Both the position numbers and the translations under genes were made by a program. Below are positions 20,534 through 35,500 of a stretch of DNA of 64,000 nucleotides, in pieces. Positions within the stretch are counted from its first letter, which is position 1. Each line of letters starts with the position of its first letter. A model generated the notes under the pieces. That model was given only the letters and a program-made list of their open reading frames with translations. It was not told where the DNA came from and ran no database searches. Source of the stretch: Eledone cirrhosa (Eukaryota); the NCBI GenBank assembly GCA_964016885.1, contig OZ024761.1:11346001-11410000 (forward strand). The letters run 5' to 3'.

Positions 20534-23500
20534 ACAGTATTTAGCACCCTAGACTAGCTCTACAATCTATACCAGGGTATTTAGTACCCTAGACTAGCTC
20601 TACAATCTATACCACAGTATTAGCACCCTAGACTAGCTCTACAATCTATACCACAGTATTTAGCACCCTAGACTAGCTCTACAATCTATACCAGGGTATT
20701 TAGTACCCTAGACTAGCTCTACAATCTATACCACAGTATTTAGCACCCTAGACTAGCTCTACAATCTATACCACAGTATTTAGCACCCTAGACTAGCTCT
20801 ACAATCTATACCAGGGTATTTAGTACCCTAGACTAGCTCTACAATCTATACCACAGTATTTAGCACCCTAGACTAGCTCTACAATCTATACCACAGTATT
20901 TAGCACCCTAGACTAGCTCTACAATCTATACCACAGTATTTAGCACCCTAGACTAGCTCTACAATCTATACCACAGGTATTTAGCACCCTAGACTAGCTC
21001 TACAATCTATACCACGGTATTTAGTACCCTAGACTAGCTCTACAATCTATACCACAGTATTTAGCACCCTAGACTAGCTCTACAATCTATACACAGGTAT
21101 TTAGCACCCTAGACTAGCTCTACAATCTATACCACAGTATTTAGCACCCTAGACTAGCTCTACAATCATACCAGGTATTTAGCACCCTAGACTAGCTCTA
21201 CAATCTATACCACAGTATTTAGCACCCTAGACTAGCTCTACAATCTATACCACGGTATTTAGTACCCTAGACTAGCTCTACAATCTATACACAGTATTTA
21301 GCACCCTAGACTAGCTCTACAATCTATACCAGGGTATTTAGTACCCTAGACTAGCTCTACAATCTATACCACGGTATTTAGTACCCTAGACTAGCTCTAC
21401 AATCTATACCACAGTATTTAGCACCCTAGACTAGCTCTACAATCTATACCAGGGTATTTAGTACCCTAGACTAGCTCTACAATCTATACCACGGTATTTA
21501 GCACCCTAGACTAGCTCTACAATCTATACCACAGTATTTAGCACCCTAGACTAGCTCTACAATCTATACCACAGTATTTAGCACCCTAGACTAGCTCTAC
21601 AATCTATACCACAGTATTTAGCACCCTAGACTAGCTCTACAATCTATACCAGGGTATTTAGTACCCTAGACTAGCTCTACAATCTATACCACGGTATTTA
21701 GTACCCTAGACTAGCTCTACAATCTATACCACAGTATTTAGCACCCTAGACTAGCTCTACAATCTATACCAGGGTATTTAGTACCCTAGACTAGCTCTAC
21801 AATCTATACCACGGTATTTAGTACCCTAGACTAGCTCTACAATCTATACCACAGTATTTAGCACCCTAGACTAGCTCTACAATCTATACCACAGTATTTA
21901 GCACCCTAGACTAGCTCTACAATCTATACCACAGTATTTAGCACCCTAGACTAGCTCTACAATCTATACCAGGGTATTTAGTACCCTAGACTAGCTCTAC
22001 AATCTATACCACGGTATTTAGCACCCTAGACTAGCTCTACAATCTATACCACAGTATTTAGCACCCTAGACTAGCTCTACAATCTATACCACGGTATTTA
22101 GTACCCTAGACTAGCTCTACAATCTATACCACGGTATTTAGCACCCTAGACTAGCTCTACAATCTATACCACAGTATTTAGCACCCTAGACTAGCTCTAC
22201 AATCTATACCACAGTATTTAGCACCCTAGACTAGCTCTACAATCTATACCAAGGTATTTAGCACCCTAGACTAGCTCTACAATCTATACCACGGTATTTA
22301 GCACCCTAGACTAGCTCTACAATCTATACCAGGTATTTAGCACCCTAGACTAGCTCTACAATCTATACCACAGGTATTTAGCACCCTAGACTAGCTCTAC
22401 AATCTATACCACAGGTATTTAGTACCCTAGACTAGCTCTACAATCTATACCAGGTATTTAGTACCCTAGACTAGCTCTACAATCTATACCACGGTATTTA
22501 GCACCCTAGACTAGCTCTACAATCTATACCACGGTATTTAGCACCCTAGACTAGCTCTACAATCTATACCACGGTATTTAGCACCCTAGACTAGCTCTAC
22601 AATCTATACCACGGTATTTAGTACCCTAGACTAGCTCTACAATCTATACCACAGTATTTAGCACCCTAGACTAGCTCTACAATCTATACCAGGGTATTTA
22701 GTACCCTAGACTAGCTCTACAATCTATACCACAGTATTTAGCACCCTAGACTAGCTCTACAATCTATACCAGGGTATTTAGTACCCTAGACTAGCTCTAC
22801 AATCTATACCAGGGTATTTAGTACCCTAGACTAGCTCTACAATCTATACCACGGTATTTAGCACCCTAGACTAGCTCTACAATCTATACCACAGTATTTA
22901 GCACCCTAGACTAGCTCTACAATCTATACCACAGTATTTAGCACCCTAGACTAGCTCTACAATCTATACCAGGGTATTTAGTACCCTAGACTAGCTCTAC
23001 AATCTATACCACAGTATTTAGCACCCTAGACTAGCTCTACAATCTATACCACAGTATTTAGCACCCTAGACTAGCTCTACAATCTATACCAGGGTATTTA
23101 GTACCCTAGACTAGCTCTACAATCTATACCACAGGTATTTAGCACCCTAGACTAGCTCTACAATCTATACCACAGTATTTAGCACCCTAGACTAGCTCTA
23201 CAATCTATACCACAGTATTTAGCACCCTAGACTAGCTCTACAATCTATACCACGGTATTTAGTACCCTAGACTAGCTCTACAATCTATACCAGGGTATTT
23301 AGTACCCTAGACTAGCTCTACAATCTATACCACGGTATTTAGTACCCTAGACTAGCTCTACAATCTATACCACAGTATTTAGCACCCTAGACTAGCTCTA
23401 CAATCTATACCAGGGTATTTAGTACCCTAGACTAGCTCTACAATCTATACCACGGTATTTAGTACCCTAGACTAGCTCTACAATCTATACCACAGTATTT

Positions 23501-26500
23501 AGCACCCTAGACTAGCTCTACAATCTATACCACAGTATTTAGCACCCTAGACTAGCTCTACAATCTATACCACAGTATTTAGCACCCTAGACTAGCTCTA
23601 CAATCTATACCAGGGTATTTAGTACCCTAGACTAGCTCTACAATCTATACCACGGTATTTAGTACCCTAGACTAGCTCTACAATCTATACCACAGTATTT
23701 AGCACCCTAGACTAGCTCTACAATCTATACCAGGGTATTTAGTACCCTAGACTAGCTCTACAATCTATACCACGGTATTTAGTACCCTAGACTAGCTCTA
23801 CAATCTATACCACAGTATTTAGCACCCTAGACTAGCTCTACAATCTATACCACAGTATTTAGCACCCTAGACTAGCTCTACAATCTATACCACAGTATTT
23901 AGCACCCTAGACTAGCTCTACAATCTATACCAGGGTATTTAGTACCCTAGACTAGCTCTACAATCTATACCAGGGTATTTAGCACCCTAGACTAGCTCTA
24001 CAATCTATACCACAGTATTTAGCACCCTAGACTAGCTCTACAATCTATACCACGGTATTTAGTACCCTAGACTAGCTCTACAATCTATACCACAGTATTT
24101 AGCACCCTAGACTAGCTCTACAATCTATACCACAGTATTTAGCACCCTAGACTAGCTCTACAATCTATACCAGGGTATTTAGTACCCTAGACTAGCTCTA
24201 CAATCTATACCACAGTATTTAGCACCCTAGACTAGCTCTACAATCTATACCACGGTATTTAGTACCCTAGACTAGCTCTACAATCTATACCACAGTATTT
24301 AGCACCCTAGACTAGCTCTACAATCTATACCAGGGTATTTAGTACCCTAGACTAGCTCTACAATCTATACCACGGTATTTAGTACCCTAGACTAGCTCTA
24401 CAATCTATACCACAGTATTTAGCACCCTAGACTAGCTCTACAATCTATACCAGGGTATTTAGCACCCTAGACTAGCTCTACAATCTATACCACAGTATTT
24501 AGCACCCTAGACTAGCTCTACAATCTATACCAGGGTATTTAGCACCCTAGACTAGCTCTACAATCTATACCACAGTATTTAGCACCCTAGACTAGCTCTA
24601 CAATCTATACCACGGTATTTAGTACCCTAGACTAGCTCTACAATCTATACCACAGTATTTAGCACCCTAGACTAGCTCTACAATCTATACCAGGGTATTT
24701 AGTACCCTAGACTAGCTCTACAATCTATACCACGGTATTTAGTACCCTAGACTAGCTCTACAATCTATACCACAGTATTTAGCACCCTAGACTAGCTCTA
24801 CAATCTATACCAGGGTATTAGTACCCTAGACTAGCTCTACAATCTATACCACGGTATTTAGTACCCTAGACTATCTCTACAATCTATACCACAGTATTTA
24901 GCACCCTAGACTAGCTCTACAATCTATACCACAGTATTTAGCACCCTAGACTAGCTCTACAATCTATACCACAGTATTTAGCACCCTAGACTAGCTCTAC
25001 AATCTATACCAGGGTATTTAGTACCCTAGACTAGCTCTACAATCTATACCACGGTATTTAGTACCCTAGACTAGCTCTACAATCTATACCACAGTATTTA
25101 GCACCCTAGACTAGCTCTACAATCTATACCAGGGTATTTAGTACCCTAGACTAGCTCTACAATCTATACCACGGTATTTAGTACCCTAGACTAGCTCTAC
25201 AATCTATACCACAGTATTTAGCACCCTAGACTAGCTCTACAATCTATACCACAGTATTTAGCACCCTAGACTAGCTCTACAATCTATACCACAGTATTTA
25301 GCACCCTAGAGTAGCTCTACAATCTATACCAGGGTATTTAGTACCCTAGACTAGCTCTACAATCTATACCAGGGTATTTAGCACCCTAGACTAGCTCTAC
25401 AATCTATACCACAGTATTTAGCACCCTAGACTAGCTCTACAATCTATACCACGGTATTTAGTACCCTAGACTAGCTCTACAATCTATACCACAGTATTTA
25501 GCACCCTAGACTAGCTCTACAATCTATACCACAGTATTTAGCACCCTAGACTAGCTCTACAATCTATACCACAGTATTTAGCACCCTAGACTAGCTCTAC
25601 AATCTATACGAGGGTATTTAGCACCTAGACTAGCTATACAATCTATACCACGGTATTTAGCACCCTAGACTAGCTCTACAATCTATACCAGGGTATTTAG
25701 TACCCTAGACTAGCTCTACAATCTATACCACGGTATTTAGCACCCTAGACTAGCTCTACAATCTATACCAGGGTATTTAGTACCCTAGACTAGCTCTACA
25801 ATCTATACCAGGGTATTTAGTACCCTAGACTAGCTCTACAATCTATACCAGGGTATTTAGTACCCTAGACTAGCTCTACAATCTATACCACGGTATTTAG
25901 CACCCTAGACTAGCTCTACAATCTATACCACGGTATTTAGCACCCTAGACTAGCTCTACAATCTATACCACGGTATTTAGTACCCTAGACTAGCTCTACA
26001 ATCTATACCACAGTATTTAGCACCCTAGACTAGCTCTACAATCTATACCAGGGTATTTAGTACCCTAGACTAGCTCTACAATCTATACCACAGTATTTAG
26101 CACCCTAGACTAGCTCTGCAATCTATACCAGGGTATTTAGTACCCTAGACTAGCTCTACAATCTATACCAGGGTATTTAGTACCCTAGACTAGCTCTACA
26201 ATCTATACCACGGTATTTAGCACCCTAGACTAGCTCTACAATCTATACCACAGTATTTAGCACCCTAGACTAGCTCTACAATCTATACCACAGTATTTAG
26301 CACCCTAGACTAGCTCTACAATCTATACCAGGGTAATTTAGTACCTAGACTAGCTCTACAATCTATACCACAGTATTTAGCACCCTAGACTAGCTCTACA
26401 ATCTATACCACAGTATTTAGCAACCTAGACTAGCTCTACAATCTATACCAGGGTATTTAGTACCCTAGACTAGCTCTACAATCTATACCACAGTATTTAG

Positions 26501-29500
26501 CACCCTAGACTAGCTCTACAATCTATACCACAGTATTTAGCACCCTAGACTAGCTCTACAATCTATACCACAGTATTTAGCACCCTAGACTAGCTCTACA
26601 ATCTATACCACGGTATTTAGTACCCTAGACTAGCTCTACAATCTATACCACAGTATTTAGCACCCTAGACTAGCTCTACAATCTATACCACGGTATTTAG
26701 TACCCTAGACTAGCTCTACAATCTATACCACAGTATTTAGCACCCTAGACTAGCTCTACAATCTATACCAGGGTATTTAGTACCCTAGACTAGCTCTACA
26801 ATCTTTACCACGGTATTTAGTACCCTAGACTAGCTCTACAATCTATACCACAGTATTTAGCACCCTAGACTAGCTCTACAATCTATACCAGGGTATTTAG
26901 CACCCTAGACTAGCTCTACAATCTATACCACAGTATTTAGCACCCTAGACTAGCTCTACAATCTATACCAGGGTATTTAGTACCCTAGACTAGCTCTACA
27001 ATCTATACCACAGTATTTAGCACCCTAGACTAGCTCTACAATCTATACCACAGTATTTAGCAACCTAGACTAGCTCTACAATCTATACCAGGGTATTTAG
27101 TACCCTAGACTAGCTCTACAATCTATACCACAGTATTTAGCACCCTAGACTAGCTCTACAATCTATACCACAGTATTTAGCACCCTAGACTAGCTCTACA
27201 ATCTATACCACAGTATTTAGCACCCTAGACTAGCTCTACAATCTATACCACGGTATTTAGTACCCTAGACTAGCTCTACAATCTATACCACAGTATTTAG
27301 CACCCTAGACTAGCTCTACAATCTATACCAGGGTATTTAATACCCTAGACTAGCTCTACAATCTATACCACGGTATTTAGTACCCTAGACTAGCTCTACA
27401 ATCTATACCACAGTATTTAGCACCCTAGACTAGCTCTACAATCTATACCAGGGTATTTAGTACCCTAGACTAGCTCTACAATCTATACCACGGTATTTAG
27501 TACCCTAGACTATCTCTACAATCTATACCACAGTATTTAGCACCCTAGACTAGCTCTACAATCTATACCACAGTATTTAGCACCCTAGACTAGCTCTACA
27601 ATCTATACCACAGTATTTAGCACCCTAGACTAGCTCTACAATCTATACCAGGGTATTTAGTACCCTAGACTAGCTCTACAATCTATACCACGGTATTTAG
27701 TACCCTAGACTAGCTCTACAATCTATACCACAGTATTTAGCACCCTAGACTAGCTCTACAATCTATACCAGGGTATTTAGTACCCTAGACTAGCTCTACA
27801 ATCTATACCACGGTATTTAGTACCCTAGACTAGCTCTACAATCTATACCACAGTATTTAGCACCCTAGACTAGCTCTACAATCTATACCACAGTATTTAG
27901 CACCCTAGACTAGCTCTACAATCTATACCACAGTATTTAGCACCCTAGAGTAGCTCTACAATCTATACCAGGGTATTTAGTACCCTAGACTAGCTCTACA
28001 ATCTATACCAGGGTATTTAGCACCCTAGACTAGCTCTACAATCTATACCACAGTATTTAGCACCCTAGACTAGCTCTACAATCTATACCACGGTATTTAG
28101 TACCCTAGACTAGCTCTACAATCTATACCACAGTATTTAGCACCCTAGACTAGCTCTACAATCTATACCACAGTATTTAGCACCCTAGACTAGCTCTACA
28201 ATCTATACCACAGTATTTAGCACCCTAGACTAGCTCTACAATCTATACGAGGGTATTTAGCACCTAGACTAGCTCTACAATCTATACCACGGTATTTAGC
28301 ACCCTAGACTAGCTCTACAATCTATACCAGGGTATTTAGTACCCTAGACTAGCTCTACAATCTATACCACGGTATTTAGCACCCTAGACTAGCTCTACAA
28401 TCTATACCAGGGTATTTAGTACCCTAGACTAGCTCTACAATCTATACCAGGGTATTTAGTACCCTAGACTAGCTCTACAATCTATACCAGGGTATTTAGT
28501 ACCCTAGACTAGCTCTACAATCTATACCACGGTATTTAGCACCCTAGACTAGCTCTACAATCTATACCACGGTATTTAGCACCCTAGACTAGCTCTACAA
28601 TCTATACCACGGTATTTAGTACCCTAGACTAGCTCTACAATCTATACCACAGTATTTAGCACCCTAGACTAGCTCTACAATCTATACCACAGTATTTAGC
28701 ACCCTAGACTAGCTCTACAATCTATACCACGGTATTTAGTACCCTAGACTAGCTCTACAATCTATACCACAGTATTTAGCACCCTAGACTAGCTCTACAA
28801 TCTATACCAGGGTATTTAGTACCCTAGACTAGCTCTACAATCTATACCACGGTATTTAGTACCCTAGACTAGCTCTACAATCTATACCACAGTATTTAGC
28901 ACCCTAGACTAGCTCTACAATCTATACCAGGGTATTTAGTACCCTAGACTAGCTCTACAATCTATACCACGGTATTTAGTACCCTAGACTATCTCTACAA
29001 TCTATACCACAGTATTTAGCACCCTAGACTAGCTCTACAATCTATACCACAGTATTTAGCACCCTAGACTAGCTCTACAATCTATACCACAGTATTTAGC
29101 ACCCTAGACTAGCTCTACAATCTATACCAGGGTATTTAGTACCCTAGACTAGCTCTACAATCTATACCACGGTATTTAGTACCCTAGACTAGCTCTACAA
29201 TCTATACCACAGTATTTAGCACCCTAGACTAGCTCTACAATCTATACCAGGGTATTTAGTACCCTAGACTAGCTCTACAATCTATACCACGGTATTTAGT
29301 ACCCTAGACTAGCTCTACAATCTATACCACAGTATTTAGCACCCTAGACTAGCTCTACAATCTATACCACAGTATTTAGCACCCTAGACTAGCTCTACAA
29401 TCTATACCACAGTATTTAGCACCCTAGAGTAGCTCTACAATCTATACCAGGGTATTTAGTACCCTAGACTAGCTCTACAATCTATACCAGGGTATTTAGC

Positions 29501-32500
29501 ACCCTAGACTAGCTCTACAATCTATACCACAGTATTTAGCACCCTAGACTAGCTCTACAATCTATACCACGGTATTTAGTACCCTAGACTAGCTCTACAA
29601 TCTATACCACAGTATTTAGCACCCTAGACTAGCTCTACAATCTATACCACAGTATTTAGCACCCTAGACTAGCTCTACAATCTATACCACAGTATTTAGC
29701 ACCCTAGACTAGCTCTACAATCTATACGAGGGTATTTAGCACCTAGACTAGCTCTACAATCTATACCACGGTATTTAGCACCCTAGACTAGCTCTACAAT
29801 CTATACCAGGGTATTTAGTACCCTAGACTAGCTCTACAATCTATACCACGGTATTTAGCACCCTAGACTAGCTCTACAATCTATACCAGGGTATTTAGTA
29901 CCCTAGACTAGCTCTACAATCTATACCAGGGTATTTAGTACCCTAGACTAGCTCTACAATCTATACCAGGGTATTTAGTACCCTAGACTAGCTCTACAAT
30001 CTATACCACGGTATTTAGCACCCTAGACTAGCTCTACAATCTATACCACGGTATTTAGCACCCTAGACTAGCTCTACAATCTATACCACGGTATTTAGTA
30101 CCCTAGACTAGCTCTACAATCTATACCACAGTATTTAGCACCCTAGACTAGCTCTACAATCTATACCAGGGTATTTAGTACCCTAGACTAGCTCTACAAT
30201 CTATACCACAGTATTTAGCACCCTAGACTAGCTCTGCAATCTATACCAGGGTATTTAGTACCCTAGACTAGCTCTACAATCTATACCAGGGTATTTAGTA
30301 CCCTAGACTAGCTCTACAATCTATACCACGGTATTTAGCACCCTAGACTAGCTCTACAATCTATACCACAGTATTTAGCACCCTAGACTAGCTCTACAAT
30401 CTATACCACAGTATTTAGAACCCTAGACTAGCTCTACAATCTATACCAGGGTATTTAGTACCCTAGACTAGCTCTACAATCTATACCACAGTATTTAGCA
30501 CCCTAGACTAGCTCTACAATCTATACCACAGTATTTAGCAACCTAGACTAGCTCTACAATCTATACCAGGGTATTTAGTACCCTAGACTAGCTCTACAAT
30601 CTATACCACAGTATTTAGCACCCTAGACTAGCTCTACAATCTATACCACAGTATTTAGCACCCTAGACTAGCTCTACAATCTATACCACAGTATTTAGCA
30701 CCCTAGACTAGCTCTACAATCTATACCACGGTATTTAGTACCCTAGACTAGCTCTACAATCTATACCACAGTATTTAGCACCCTAGACTAGCTCTACAAT
30801 CTATACCACGGTATTTAGTACCCTAGACTAGCTCTACAATCTATACCACAGTATTTAGCACCCTAGACTAGCTCTACAATCTATACCAGGGTATTTAGTA
30901 CCCTAGACTAGCTCTACAATCTTTACCACGGTATTTAGTACCCTAGACTATCTCTACAATCTATACCACAGTATTTAGCACCCTAGACTAGCTCTACAAT
31001 CTATACCAGGGTATTTAGCACCCTAGACTAGCTCTACAATCTATACCACAGTATTTAGCACCCTAGACTAGCTCTACAATCTATACCAGGGTATTTAGTA
31101 CCCTAGACTAGCTCTACAATCTATACCACAGTATTTAGCACCCTAGACTAGCTCTACAATCTATACCACAGTATTTAGCAACCTAGACTAGCTCTACAAT
31201 CTATACCAGGGTATTTAGTACCCTAGACTAGCTCTACAATCTATACCACAGTATTTAGCACCCTAGACTAGCTCTACAATCTATACCACAGTATTTAGCA
31301 CCCTAGACTAGCTCTACAATCTATACCACAGTATTTAGCACCCTAGACTAGCTCTACAATCTATACCACGGTATTTAGTACCCTAGACTAGCTCTACAAT
31401 CTATACCACAGTATTTAGCACCCTAGACTAGCTCTACAATCTATACCAGGGTATTTAATACCGTAGACTAGCTCTACAATCTATACCACGGTATTTAGTA
31501 CCCTAGACTAGCTCTACAATCTATACCACAGTATTTAGCACCCTAGAGTAGCTCTACAATCTATACCAGGGTATTTAGTACCCTAGACTAGCTCTACAAT
31601 CTATACCACGGTATTTAGTACCCTAGACTATCTCTACAATCTATACCACAGTATTTAGCACCCTAGACTAGCTCTACAATCTATACCACAGTATTTAGCA
31701 CCCTAGACTAGCTCTACAATCTATACCACAGTATTTAGCACCCTAGACTAGCTCTACAATCTATACCAGGGTATTTAGTACCCTAGACTAGCTCTACAAT
31801 CTATACCACGGTATTTAGTACCCTAGACTAGCTCTACAATCTATACCACAGTATTTAGCACCCTAGACTAGCTCTACAATCTATACCAGGGTATTTAGTA
31901 CCCTAGACTAGCTCTACAATCTATACCACGGTATTTAGTACCCTAGACTAGCTCTACAATCTATACCACAGTATTTAGCACCCTAGACTAGCTCTACAAT
32001 CTATACCACAGTATTTAGCACCCTAGACTAGCTCTACAATCTATACCACAGTATTTAGCACCCTAGAGTAGCTCTACAATCTATACCAGGGTATTTAGTA
32101 CCCTAGACTAGCTCTACAATCTATACCAGGGTATTTAGCACCCTAGACTAGCTCTACAATCTATACCACAGTATTTAGCACCCTAGACTAGCTCTACAAT
32201 CTATACCACGGTATTTAGTACCCTAGACTAGCTCTACAATCTATACCACAGTATTTAGCACCCTAGACTAGCTCTACAATCTATACCACAGTATTTAGCA
32301 CCCTAGACTAGCTCTACAATCTATATCACAGTATTTAGCACCCTAGACTAGCTCTACAATCTATACGAGGGTATTTAGCACCTAGACTAGCTCTACAATC
32401 TATACCACGGTATTTAGCACCCTAGACTAGCTCTACAATCTATACCAGGGTATTTAGTACCCTAGACTAGCTCTACAATCTATACCACGGTATTTAGCAC

Positions 32501-35500
32501 CCTAGACTAGCTCTACAATCTATACCAGGGTATTTAGTACCCTAGACTAGCTCTACAATCTATACCAGGGTATTTAGTACCCTAGACTAGCTCTACAATC
32601 TATACCAGGGTATTTAGTACCCTAGACTAGCTCTACAATCTATACCACGGTATTTAGCACCCTAGACTAGCTCTACAATCTATACCACGGTATTTAGCAC
32701 CCTAGACTAGCTCTACAATCTATACCACGGTATTTAGTACCCTAGACTAGCTCTACAATCTATACCACAGTATTTAGCACCCTAGACTAGCTCTACAATC
32801 TATACCAGGGTATTTAGTACCCTAGACTAGCTCTACAATCTATACCACAGTATTTAGCACCCTAGACTAGCTCTGCAATCTATACCAGGGTATTTAGTAC
32901 CCTAGACTAGCTCTACAATCTATACCAGGGTATTTAGTACCCTAGACTAGCTCTACAATCTATACCACGGTATTTAGCACCCTAGACTAGCTCTACAATC
33001 TATACCACAGTATTTAGCACCCTAGACTAGCTCTACAATCTATACCACAGTATTTAGCACCCTAGACTAGCTCTACAATCTATACCAGGGTATTTAGTAC
33101 ACTAGACTAGCTCTACAATCTATACCACAGTATTTAGCACCCTAGACTAGCTCTACAATCTATACCACAGTATTTAGCAACCTAGACTAGCTCTACAATC
33201 TATACCAGGGTATTTAGTACCCTAGACTAGCTCTACAATCTATACCACAGTATTTAGCACCCTAGACTAGCTCTACAATCTATACCACAATATTTAGCAC
33301 CCTAGACTAGCTCTACAATCTATACCACAGTATTTAGCACCCTAGACTAGCTCTACAATCTATACCACGGTATTTAGTACCCTAGACTAGCTCTACAATC
33401 TATACCACAGTATTTAGCACCCTAGACTAGCTCTACAATCTATACCACGGTATTTAGTACCCTAGACTAGCTCTACAATCTATACCACAGTATTTAGCAC
33501 CCTAGACTAGCTCTACAATCTATACCAGGGTATTTAGTACCCTAGACTAGCTCTACAATCTTTACCACGGTATTTAGTACCCTAGACTAGCTCTACAATC
33601 TATACCACAGTATTTAGCACCCTAGACTAGCTCTACAATCTATACCAGGGTATTTAGCACCCTAGACTAGCTCTACAATCTATACCACAGTATTAGCACC
33701 CTAGACTAGCTCTACAATCTATACCAGGGTATTTAGCACCCTAGACTAGCTCTACAATCTATACCACAGTATTTAGCACCCTAGACTAGCTCTACAATCT
33801 ATACCAGGGTATTTAGCACCCTAGACTAGCTCTACAATCTATACCACAGTATTTAGTACCCTAGACTAGCTCTACAATCTATACCACAGTATTTAGCACC
33901 CTAGACTAGCTCTACAATCTATACCACAGTATTTAGCAACCTAGACTAGCTCTACAATCTATACCAGGGTATTTAGTACCCTAGACTAGCTCTACAATCT
34001 ATACCACAGTATTTAGCACCCTAGACTAGCTCTACAATCTACACCACAGTATTTAGCACCCTAGACTAGCTCTACAATCTATACCACGGTATTTAGTACC
34101 CTAGACTAGCTCTACAATCTATACCACAGTATTTAGCACCCTAGACTAGCTCTACAATCTATACCACGGTATTTAGTACCCTAGACTAGCTCTACAATCT
34201 ATACCACAGTATTTAGCACCCTAGACTAGCTCTACAATCTATACCAGGGTATTTAGTACCCTAGACTGGCTCTACAATCTATACCACGGTATTTAGTACC
34301 CTAGACGAGCTCTACAATCTATACCACAGTATTTAGCACCGTAGACTAGCTCTACAATCTATACCAGGGTATTTAGCACCATAGACTAGCTCTACAATCT
34401 ATACCACAGTATTTAGCACCCTAGACTAGCTCTACAATCTATACCAGGGTATTTAGCACCCTAGACTAGCTCTACAATCTATACCACAGTATTTAGCACC
34501 CTAGACTAGCTCTACAATCTATACCACGGTATTTAGTACCCTAGACTAGCTCTACAATCTATACCACAGTATTTAGCACCCTAGACTAGCTCTACAATCT
34601 ATACCAGGGTATTTAGTACCCTAGACTAGCTCTACAATCTATACCACGGTATTTAGTACCCTAGACTAGCTCTACAATCTATACCACAGTATTTAGCACC
34701 CTAGACTAGCTCTACAATCTATACCAGGGTATTTAGTACCCTAGACTAGCTCTACAATCTATACCACGGTATTTAGTACCCTAGACTATCTCTACAATCT
34801 ATACCACAGTATTTAGCACCCTAGACTAGCTCTACAATCTATACCACAGTATTTAGCACCCTAGACTAGCTCTACAATCTATACCACAGTATTTAGCACC
34901 CTAGACTAGCTCTACAATCTATACCAGGGTATTTAGTACCCTAGACTAGCTCTACAATCTATACCACGGTATTTAGTACCCTAGACTAGCTCTACAATCT
35001 ATACCACAGTATTTAGCACCCTAGACTAGCTCTACAATCTATACCAGGGTATTTAGTACCCTAGACTAGCTCTACAATCTATACCACGGTATTTAGTACC
35101 CTAGACTAGCTCTACAATCTATACCACAGTATTTAGCACCCTAGACTAGCTCTACAATCTATACCACAGTATTTAGCACCCTAGACTAGCTCTACAATCT
35201 ATACCACAGTATTTAGCACCCTAGACTAGCTCTACAATCTATACCACGGTATTTAGCACCCTAGACTAGCTCTACAATCTATACCACGGTATTTAGCACC
35301 CTAGACTAGCTCTACAATCTATACCACGGTATTTAGCACCCTAGACTAGCTCTACAATCTATACCACGGTATTTAGTACCCTAGACTAGCTCTACAATCT
35401 ATACCACAGTATTTAGCACCCTAGACTAGCTCTACAATCTATACCAGGGTATTTAGTACCCTAGACTAGCTCTACAATCTATACCACAGTATTTAGCACC

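Noticed and set aside
20534-22460. Divergent indel-rich monomers at the left edge, also at 38160-38460
   Set aside because: Hybrid forms such as ACAGG and AGG next to a gap look like consensus errors between variants.
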